A DNA stretch of 64,000 nucleotides from an uncultured Geobacteraceae bacterium (GTDB lineage: Bacteria; Desulfobacterota; Desulfuromonadia; Geobacterales; CAIOGM01). This document shows positions 39,269 through 45,961 of the stretch, one piece after another. How positions within the stretch are numbered: the stretch's first letter is position 1; every line of letters starts with the position of its first letter. Both the position numbers and the translations under genes were made by a program. The notes under the pieces were generated by a model, which was given only the letters and a program-made list of their open reading frames with translations, did not search any database and was not told the DNA's origin. Where the stretch lies: assembly GCA_903902345.1 (NCBI GenBank), contig CAIUUR010000414.1, forward strand, positions 2,353 through 66,352, read 5' to 3'.

Positions 39269-40471
39269 ATGAAATACATAGTACTCCTTGGCGACGGGAT
39301 GTCCGATGAACCGCTGGATCAGCTGGGTGGCAAGACTCCCCTCCAGGTCGCCCGGACCCCCAACATGGACTTCATGGCGAGAAACGGGCTCCTCGGCCTG
39401 GCGGCTACGGTGCCGGAGGGGCTTCCTCCGGGGAGCGACGTGGCCAATCTGTCGGTCTTCGGCTACGATCCTCGGACCTGTTACACCGGTCGCTCACCCC
39501 TGGAGGCGGCCAGCATCGGTGTGGCGCTGGCGCCCGATGACGTAGCCTTTCGGCTGAACTTCGTAACCCTGCATCCCCAGGGAAGCAAGATCTACCTGCA
39601 GGACTTTTCCGCCGGGCATATTTCCACACCGGAGGGGGGAGAGTTAATCACTGCGTTGCGGGAACAACTGGAGGACCATGAGTTCCAGTTCTTTCCCGGG
39701 GTTGGCTACCGTCACCTCATGGTCTGGCGCAAAGGCCGTTCCGCCATGAAGACGGTCCCCCCCCATGATATCACCGGGAAGAGCATTCTGGATTACCTTC
39801 CCAACGGTGAGGGGGCTGACCGAATCGTCAATCTGATGAACAGTTCCCAGATGATCCTCCACGGACATCCTCTTAACAAGAAGCGGGAGACGGAAGGTCA
39901 TCTCCCGGCCAATTCCATCTGGCTCTGGGGGCATGGGCGCCCCCCGCGAATCAGCAGCTTCCGGGAGAGCTACGGCCTTTCCGGCGCTGTCATCTCCGCA
40001 GTGGACCTGTTGAAGGGGATCGGCATCTATGCCGGACTGGACAACATCTCCGTGGAAGGGGCGACGGGATACATCGATACCAATTACCGGGGAAAAGCGG
40101 AAGCCGCTCTGGAGGCGCTCCGGAGCAGGGACTTTGTCTATCTCCACGTGGAGGCTCCCGACGAGGCGTCCCATGCCGGACGCTTGGACCACAAGATCCA
40201 GGCCATCGAGGATTTCGACGCCCAGGTGGTGGGGACGGTGCTGGAGGGGATCAAGGAGCTGGGGGAGTACCGGATTCTCTGCATGCCCGACCATCCCACC
40301 CCGGTGAGTATCATGACCCATACCTCCGACCCGGTTCCCTTCGTCATCTACGGCGGGGAGGGGGTCAAGGGGAACGGCGGGGGAGCCTATGACGAGGCGT
40401 CGGCCAAGGCCACAGGCTACTTCGTTCCGGAAGGTTTCCGGCTCATGTCGCTGATGATGGGTCGGGGTTGA
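39269..40471 (+). CDS. apgM: Cofactor-independent phosphoglycerate mutase family protein (archaeal-type iPGM; some members of this family are proposed alternative homoserine kinases)
   Basis: Track ORF 39146..40471 overlaps xerD. Trimmed to ATG 39269 (MKYIVLLGDGMSDEPLDQLGGKTPLQVA...). Family recognised from the N-terminal metal-site motif and overall length. Confidence 0.85.
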   Translation: MKYIVLLGDGMSDEPLDQLGGKTPLQVARTPNMDFMARNGLLGLAATVPEGLPPGSDVANLSVFGYDPRTCYTGRSPLEAASIGVALAPDDVAFRLNFVTLHPQGSKIYLQDFSAGHISTPEGGELITALREQLEDHEFQFFPGVGYRHLMVWRKGRSAMKTVPPHDITGKSILDYLPNGEGADRIVNLMNSSQMILHGHPLNKKRETEGHLPANSIWLWGHGRPPRISSFRESYGLSGAVISAVDLLKGIGIYAGLDNISVEGATGYIDTNYRGKAEAALEALRSRDFVYLHVEAPDEASHAGRLDHKIQAIEDFDAQVVGTVLEGIKELGEYRILCMPDHPTPVSIMTHTSDPVPFVIYGGEGVKGNGGGAYDEASAKATGYFVPEGFRLMSLMMGRG

Positions 40472-41613
40472 CAGGGAAGCAGCAGAATGATACCCCCATG
40501 AACTGTCCGACCACCTCGAATAATCCGGACTATCTGCTCCGGATGGCTGGCGACGCTTGTTTCGACCTTTCCCTCGATCCGTTGCTGCTGCTGGATGGCG
40601 CCGGACGACTGGTCCGGGCCAACGGGGCCGCCCGTCGGGAGTTCCTTTTACCAGAGGAGAGTCCGGCGCTCCCGGTAACCGAACTTTTTGCCCGATATCC
40701 CCGAATCAGGGAAGAAATAGCCGATTTTGATTCTGCGAACGATTGCGTGGTCCAAGACGGGCGGGGACGGAGTTGGCGGGTGGTGAAGAGTCTTCTCGGA
40801 CCGGAAGTGAGTCGTTTGGGGCTTCTCGTCACCTTGCGGGAGGTCACGGAGTCCGTCCGGGATGAAGAGCTGCGGGAGCGTGCGGAACGGTGGCAAGCGC
40901 TGGAGCAGGCCGGAGTCGCTACGGTGTACAAAAATCATGAAACCGGCATGGTCCATTTTTCCGACGGTTTGAAGCGGATGCTGGGGTATGCCGCTGATGA
41001 GATCGACAGCCTGCAGACCGTTGACGCCTGGCACGGGATGCTCCATCCCCATGAACTTGAGCAGATCCTCTCAACCTTTCAGGCCGATGGGAAAGAGGAG
41101 GTATCCTACACCCATGTTGTGCACAGACTGTGCTGCAAGGATGGCGGCTGGAAGTGGATACATGCACTGGGAGCGGTCATCAGGCGCGATGCCGACGGTC
41201 GTCCGTTGCGGGGTGCCGGGGTTGTCACCGACATCACCTCCCTGAGAGAGGTCTGCCGGACAACCGGCGTCTCATTTGACTCTCCCGAGGATGCAGTGAG
41301 GACCACCTGCGACACCTGGAGATTACAGGAGATCCCCCTGCAGGTGGTAACCCCCGGTGGCGCCATTCTGCGGCTCAACAGCAGAGAGTCTCAGTTTTTC
41401 GGGATGTTGGCCGATGCCGCCCCGGTCATCCTTCCCCGCATGGATGCCATCACCGGCATCTACGGCCGGTTTGACGAATCCTCCGCCCACGCCTTTGACG
41501 TCCTCATCTCCCGTCTCCGGAAGAAGGTGGAGATGCTTACCTCTGCACCCTTTCCCCTCCAGACCCTCTACGGTCTCGGCTACCTCTTCGCGGCCCGCCT
41601 CACCCGGCGCTAA
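40468..41613 (+). CDS. One-component regulator: PAS domain(s) plus C-terminal OmpR/PhoB-type winged-helix, no receiver domain
   Basis: 381 aa. Central PAS region (…HFSDGLKRMLGYAADEIDS…WHGMLHPHE…GGWKWIHALGAVIRRDADGRPLRGAGVVTDIT). C-terminus …FDVLISRLRKKVE…LQTLYGLGYLF is typical of trans_reg_C. The start is TTG 40468 (overlapping the apgM stop) or ATG 40498. Confidence 0.7.
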   Translation: MTGKQQNDTPMNCPTTSNNPDYLLRMAGDACFDLSLDPLLLLDGAGRLVRANGAARREFLLPEESPALPVTELFARYPRIREEIADFDSANDCVVQDGRGRSWRVVKSLLGPEVSRLGLLVTLREVTESVRDEELRERAERWQALEQAGVATVYKNHETGMVHFSDGLKRMLGYAADEIDSLQTVDAWHGMLHPHELEQILSTFQADGKEEVSYTHVVHRLCCKDGGWKWIHALGAVIRRDADGRPLRGAGVVTDITSLREVCRTTGVSFDSPEDAVRTTCDTWRLQEIPLQVVTPGGAILRLNSRESQFFGMLADAAPVILPRMDAITGIYGRFDESSAHAFDVLISRLRKKVEMLTSAPFPLQTLYGLGYLFAARLTRR

Positions 41614-41744
41614 GGTAAAACATCCCCCTCTGTTGTTCCACCAAGAAACAAAAAACCCCATTTGACAGGGACGTACAGGATGGACCGGTGCGACCTGGGT
41701 ATTCGTATGTCATTGTCCTTTACATCCTTTATCATAAGCATTTG

Positions 41745-41870
41745 CACGCGGAGACGCGGAGAAACCAAACAAAACAAGTTAATTGCAATAGCATCACCTT
41801 AACCTGATTGGTGTAGACTTCGTCTGTCCCAACGTCTTGATTTTCTCCGCGATCTCCGCGTCTCCGCGTG
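41745..41870 (+). repeat. Hairpin element copy A (tandem-octamer arms, unit CGCGGAGA)
   Basis: Left arm CACGCGGAGACGCGGAGAAA (41745-41764). Right arm TTTTCTCCGCGATCTCCGCGTCTCCGCGTG (41841-41870). 18 nt are perfectly complementary. The inner motifs AACC, GTCTGT and TGATTTTCTC are shared with copies at 47685 and 63584. Confidence 0.8.
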
Positions 41871-41930
41871 ATACACGTCTCTCTTTGTTGCTCCACTCCG
41901 AACTCTTCCGGCATCTTCCAAACGTAACCT

Positions 41931-41968
41931 GTGAGAATTGGTGAGAATTGGTGATAATTGGTGAGTAG
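41931..41968 (+). repeat. Tandem 10-mers upstream of the first PEP-CTERM gene
   Basis: GTGAGAATTG GTGAGAATTG GTGATAATTG GTGAGTAG, i.e. 3.8 units with one helical-turn periodicity, about 57 nt upstream of ATG 42025. Confidence 0.8.
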
Positions 41969-42024
41969 CTTTCTTCCCGGTTTTTCAGGATACTGGCCGC
42001 TCATCAATAAACCGGGAGATGCAT

Positions 42025-42798
42025 ATGAAAAAAAGCATCATGTCATTACTCACGTTGGCGGCACTCACTTTTTCCCTGACCGGTTTGGCCCAGGCAAGCG
42101 TCATAACCTACAGCGTTCAAAGTAACGGAACCATAGCCCATACGTTTAGTAATGGAAATGCTGGCACGAGACCCTCCATCGGTGACTATCTTGCCACCGA
42201 TGGAACCACGTATACGGGGGGGACAACGTTACCGAATCTTTCCGGGGCCATGACTGTTGGTGACACCTTTGAGATCGATTTCCTTGCACCTGTTGGGAAG
42301 CAGTTCACTATTAACCCGACTCCTGGTTGGACGAGAAACAGGAGTTTGGAAATATACCTCGGCCAACCGTACATAAATTCCGGTCCTTCTTCATCTCTGG
42401 GTAGTATGACCTTTGAATGGTTGAACCCGACCGGTACGGCAACACCTGTGACATCTGAATACGAAGCTTTTTACTTTGGTGCGAACCCTTCAGACATGAG
42501 AATACAACTCAATATAAGCAGTACCATTCCCTCTGATTTCAGTTTCACGGGGTTCAAAGCATCATTTGTCGTTCCCAGCGGTTTTAGCGCCACCTATACC
42601 AATTCACCGTGGCAGAGTAGCTACATAGAGTTTTATAATAGAAATTCGGCAAATGGCAGTGTCACTGACCCGGGCGTTGCCGTGACGCTGGGTAATGCTC
42701 CGGCCACCGTACCCGAACCCTCAACGTATGCCCTCCTCTGCATCAGTCTTGGCGTGGTGGGGTATGCACGGAAGAAGCATATGAAGAGTGCGGCATAA
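42025..42798 (+). CDS. Secreted PEP-CTERM-anchored protein
   Basis: Signal peptide MKKSIMSLLTLAALTFSLTGLAQA. C-terminus VPEPSTYALLCISLGVVGYARKK is a PEP-CTERM sorting signal. ATG 42025 lies 6 nt after GGGAG (the track ORF starts at 42019). Confidence 0.8.
   Translation: MKKSIMSLLTLAALTFSLTGLAQASVITYSVQSNGTIAHTFSNGNAGTRPSIGDYLATDGTTYTGGTTLPNLSGAMTVGDTFEIDFLAPVGKQFTINPTPGWTRNRSLEIYLGQPYINSGPSSSLGSMTFEWLNPTGTATPVTSEYEAFYFGANPSDMRIQLNISSTIPSDFSFTGFKASFVVPSGFSATYTNSPWQSSYIEFYNRNSANGSVTDPGVAVTLGNAPATVPEPSTYALLCISLGVVGYARKKHMKSAA
42712..42776 (+). repeat. 65-bp PEP-CTERM tail cassette, copy 1 (copy 2 at 43982-44046)
   Basis: CCCGAACCCTCAACGTATGCCCTCCTCTGCATCAGTCTTGGCGTGGTGGGGTATGCACGGAAGAA differs from the copy at 43982-44046 at 2 positions. 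The rest of the two proteins is unrelated by eye. Confidence 0.9.
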
Positions 42799-43457
42799 TG
42801 GGCAACTTGCATTCGTTCATTGACCGTCTTGGTCCAGCTGCTCCTCAAAGGAACGTAATTATAAGACTTGCCTTCACGAGGATATTCTCAGTTATTCTGA
42901 CGGTATTCTTTACGACTCTTTGCCTAACGACCGTAGCGACGGCCGCCATCAGCAGGGTTCAGTACACTACCGGCAACAGTGGCGGAGATAACGGTATCAA
43001 TGCCATTCCCCTGACATCATTAACCACAACTCCGGTAAATGGTAACACTCTGATAGCTGCTATTTCCTACTTTGGCGCTGCATCGAATATGATTTCTTCC
43101 ATCGACCAATCCGGCGTATCCTGGTCGCGGGTGACCCAGTCTCTCAATAATTTGGGTATCGGGACCGAAATCTGGTATGCCCCGAATGTTTCGGGTGCCG
43201 GTAAGGATATCACGGTCAACCTGCTTGCGTATACGGGCGCTTCTGCGGTAGTGGCCGAATACCAGGGACTCCTGACCGCAAATATGGTTGATCTCACGGC
43301 CGGAGCCACCGGTAGCACCACTCCTGCCACGACCGGTGCCACGGCAACCACTGCCCAGGCCACGGAACTCTGGTTTGCCGGGGTGGGCTTGAACAGCAGT
43401 ACCGCTACGTTGGGCACCTACACGGGGAGCGACAGCTTTTACAATATGTTGCGTTGA
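42798..43457 (+). CDS. Hypothetical membrane-anchored/secreted Thr/Ala/Gly-rich protein
   Basis: 219-aa ORF whose ATG overlaps the upstream stop (TAATG). Has an N-terminal hydrophobic helix (IFSVILTVFFTTLCLTTVATAA). No recognisable domain. Coding status rests on coupling and position only. Confidence 0.5.
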   Translation: MGNLHSFIDRLGPAAPQRNVIIRLAFTRIFSVILTVFFTTLCLTTVATAAISRVQYTTGNSGGDNGINAIPLTSLTTTPVNGNTLIAAISYFGAASNMISSIDQSGVSWSRVTQSLNNLGIGTEIWYAPNVSGAGKDITVNLLAYTGASAVVAEYQGLLTANMVDLTAGATGSTTPATTGATATTAQATELWFAGVGLNSSTATLGTYTGSDSFYNMLR

Positions 43458-43486
43458 ACATCTCTCGGCCCCAAGGAGGCTGTATC

Positions 43487-44071
43487 ATGTTTAAACAGAT
43501 CATTACCCTCTGCACTCTGTTCCTCTTTCTCGTGGCTCCCGCTGCCCGGGCGTCGGTCCTGACCTTGGACAACCAAGAGCTGTTCGGCGCTCCGGGGAAC
43601 AGCGTCGGTTGGGGCTTCTCCATCTATAACGATTCGGCTTTTGACCTCTATGTTTTGCGGGTCTACTCCGACGGCACCCTCTTTGGCACCAGTGGAGTCA
43701 GCGTCCTGGGGGCCTTTCGCGATGACATCGCCTACGAGACCAGCAATAACGGTATCATTGTGGCGTCACTGGCCACGGCAAACGGAGCCTTCCCCGTTGA
43801 CGGTTTGGCCAGCTTTGTCGTTAACTCTGGTGCTCCGGTGGGTGGGTCGGTAAACGGCAAGATCTATCTGGATTATGAACTGTATGACAGCAATGTGGAT
43901 TTTCAAGGAGCGGGGAAATTGACGGCTCAGTATAGCAATCAGGACGCCTTGGCCTCCATCACCGTTACCAGTTCCGTCGTCCCCGAACCCTCAACGTATG
44001 TCCTCCTCTGCCTCAGTCTTGGCGTGGTGGGGTATGCACGGAAGAACGTGGCGAAAAACCGAAGAGATTAA
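43487..44071 (+). CDS. Secreted PEP-CTERM-anchored protein
   Basis: Trimmed to ATG 43487 after AAGGAGG. Signal peptide MFKQIITLCTLFLFLVAPAARA. C-terminus VPEPSTYVLLCLSLGVVGYARK. Confidence 0.8.
   Translation: MFKQIITLCTLFLFLVAPAARASVLTLDNQELFGAPGNSVGWGFSIYNDSAFDLYVLRVYSDGTLFGTSGVSVLGAFRDDIAYETSNNGIIVASLATANGAFPVDGLASFVVNSGAPVGGSVNGKIYLDYELYDSNVDFQGAGKLTAQYSNQDALASITVTSSVVPEPSTYVLLCLSLGVVGYARKNVAKNRRD
43982..44046 (+). repeat. 65-bp PEP-CTERM tail cassette, copy 2
   Basis: 63/65 identical to 42712-42776. Confidence 0.9.
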
Positions 44072-44137
44072 ATGCATGAATATTCCTGTTTTCTCAAGCC
44101 GCCGGGTGAGCCGTCGAAACAAAAAACGGGAGACGGG

Positions 44138-44233
44138 AAGGGGGGAAGGGAACGGAGGGGAGCCTGCGATGAGATTTCGGCCAAGGGCGCCGGCTACTTT
44201 GTTTCGGAAGGTTTCCGGCTCATGTCACTCTGA
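44138..44233 (+). pseudogene. Displaced, decayed 3' end of the apgM-family gene (direct repeat of about 40358-40471)
   Basis: The core 44176-44229 matches 40399-40452 at 47/54 positions. It reads CDEISAKGAGYFVSEGFRLMSL*, against YDEASAKATGYFVPEGFRLMSLMMGRG* in the intact gene. The upstream part is frameshifted by a 1-nt deletion. Confidence 0.75.
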
Positions 44234-44712
44234 TGGGGCAGAGCCAGCTTTTTTTTGAGCCGGGGATCGAAGGGCAAAGGGACCGCTTCAATAAGCCGAA
44301 CCTCGGCGTAACCAGGATGTGCCGGATTCAGAACCAGATTCCACGCTTTGCCGTAGGGGAGCATGACCGAGGGGACTCTCAGGGCAACCGTCTCTTGTTG
44401 CCTGAGCCATTCCATCCCGATCCGGATGGTGGAGAGGTCCGGCGGTCGGGCGGACCACATGGCGGGGAGACGATCGGCCGTCAATTCCCGCACTGACAGG
44501 TTGTCCGGCGCTTCCAGTGTCACCAGCATGAGATCCGGGGGGGCGCCGGTTTCCGGGAAATGGGGTAGATACTCAAGGAGCGCCTGGGACGGACTTTCCG
44601 CCGTATAGAGAGCGGCCATCCCTTTCGGGTTCCATCGGCCACCGTACCGTTGAGCGCCGAAGCCGCTCACATCATGAGCAAACCGCTCCGCCGCAACCCG
44701 ATAGATGAGCAT
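44194..44712 (-). CDS. RES-domain toxin (NAD+-targeting RES family of type II TA systems)
   Basis: 172 aa, ...QRYGGRWNPKGMAALYTAESPSQALLEYL...LRVPSV... gives the R-E-S signature. Its ATGA overlaps the upstream antitoxin stop. Confidence 0.85.
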   Translation of the reverse strand: MLIYRVAAERFAHDVSGFGAQRYGGRWNPKGMAALYTAESPSQALLEYLPHFPETGAPPDLMLVTLEAPDNLSVRELTADRLPAMWSARPPDLSTIRIGMEWLRQQETVALRVPSVMLPYGKAWNLVLNPAHPGYAEVRLIEAVPLPFDPRLKKKLALPHQSDMSRKPSETK

Positions 44713-45194
44713 CAGATGAAGACCCCCTGTTCGATCCTCCCCAACTCGTCCAACACCAGCTCCATGCCGGGAATGGTGTCCAGCAATGTTGTCGGTGAAA
44801 TGCCACCCAAGGCGTAATTGGGACTTTTCAGCCAGACGGCGGCCTGAACTTCATCTTGAAAAACTTCTAAGGCGCGACAGTAGACCCGGATCAACTGAGC
44901 CACCCGGTCGGAGAGATGGGGGCTGAGGTTTGATCCGGCTTCGATGTGACGCTGCAGGGTTCGGGGCGTGGTGTGCAGCCACCCCGCCAGATCCTTTTGG
45001 GGAACGTTCATCTTTCCTGCCAAGGCGGCTACAGCCCCTCCGGGGAGACCTTTCCTGATACGGTCAATTCGGGCGGCTTCGGGGCCGGTTCCCCAGGAAC
45101 AGCACTCCCCCGCAGTTCTCCCCTCCCCGCAGAGTAGCGCCATGAGGGAATCATTCTCCGTTATTGTCAAAAGATTGGTCTTATTCGAGTTCAT
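44712..45194 (-). CDS. Xre-type antitoxin with C-terminal RES-toxin-binding domain (DUF2384/MbcA-ParS like)
   Basis: Trimmed to ATG 45194 after AAGGAGG. HTH region (…QKDLAGWLHTTPRTLQRH…). C-terminus …AVWLKSPNYALGGISPTTLLDTIPGMELVLDELGRIEQGVF is typical of the family. Confidence 0.85.
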   Translation of the reverse strand: MNSNKTNLLTITENDSLMALLCGEGRTAGECCSWGTGPEAARIDRIRKGLPGGAVAALAGKMNVPQKDLAGWLHTTPRTLQRHIEAGSNLSPHLSDRVAQLIRVYCRALEVFQDEVQAAVWLKSPNYALGGISPTTLLDTIPGMELVLDELGRIEQGVFI

Positions 45195-45216
45195 GGCAGC
45201 CTCCTTGGTCAAGTTA

Positions 45217-45245
45217 ATTGTCGCACGGTCAGCGACAAATAGCAA
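45217..45245 (-). promoter_or_regulatory. Candidate TA-operon promoter with overlapping palindromic operator
   Basis: On the - strand: TTGCTA, 17-nt spacer, GACAAT. The perfect inverted repeat TTGTCGC-N7-GCGACAA (45218-45238) spans the spacer and -10 region. Confidence 0.4.
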
Positions 45246-45361
45246 CTGCTGCCGAGAAGATCTTTTTGCGCATTGGATGAAAACTCAAGGGTAGGACAAG
45301 GGTGAAACGCTCAAATAGTAGGGGGGCGTTCATGCTCACGGTGTAAAGAAATCCGAACTCC

Positions 45362-45961
45362 TCAGCGGTTGGACGAGGCGATGTAAACCGTGAAGCTCTG
45401 GCCGTTCCGGGTGAACCGGATCTGGTCCTGTCGGATCTCCGTGATCGTGGCCCCGGCCACCAGAGCTCCTTCCCCCAGGAGGGCGCCGTTGACCACGGCC
45501 CGCCGTGCGCCGTGCTCTTCCAGCCAGGCTATGCCGGTCACCTGGAAGTCGGCGGGAGGTGGTGTTGTCGTTTCCTTCAGCGCGCTTCTGGTCCGTTTCA
45601 GCTCGGGCGGGGGGCGTTTTGCCGGAGCGCGAAGGGGGGGATCTGCCGGCAGTTCAGGTACTGCCGCCGCCATCGGTAAAGGGGAGGGGAGGGAAGGCTC
45701 AGGGGGGGGGGGACTCTCCGCTCTGGCCTGAACTTGTGGGGGCGCCACGGGCGCGGGCTTGCTCGAGAGTCGCCCCATGACCCCCAGGGTTGCACCGACG
45801 GCAAGAGTGATGGCTCCCAGGAACAACAGCGGCAGCCGCCACGGGGGGGGAGGGGGTGCGCTCTTTCTCCCCGTGACCGCCGGACGGAGGTCAACTTTCC
45901 GGCCGAGGCGGGTCGCCTTCTCCTGCTCCAGTTTTTTCAGGGCGTCGAGGATGAGGCTCAT
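45362..45961 (-). CDS. GspB/ExeB-like type II secretion accessory protein
   Basis: 199 aa with MSLILDALKKLEQEK N-terminus, one TM helix and a Pro/Ala-rich linker. The C-terminal motif …VTGIAW…AVVNG…GA…I…IRFT… resembles the T2SS-B domain. ATGA overlap with the upstream ATPase gene. Confidence 0.7.
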   Translation of the reverse strand: MSLILDALKKLEQEKATRLGRKVDLRPAVTGRKSAPPPPPWRLPLLFLGAITLAVGATLGVMGRLSSKPAPVAPPQVQARAESPPPPEPSLPSPLPMAAAVPELPADPPLRAPAKRPPPELKRTRSALKETTTPPPADFQVTGIAWLEEHGARRAVVNGALLGEGALVAGATITEIRQDQIRFTRNGQSFTVYIASSNR

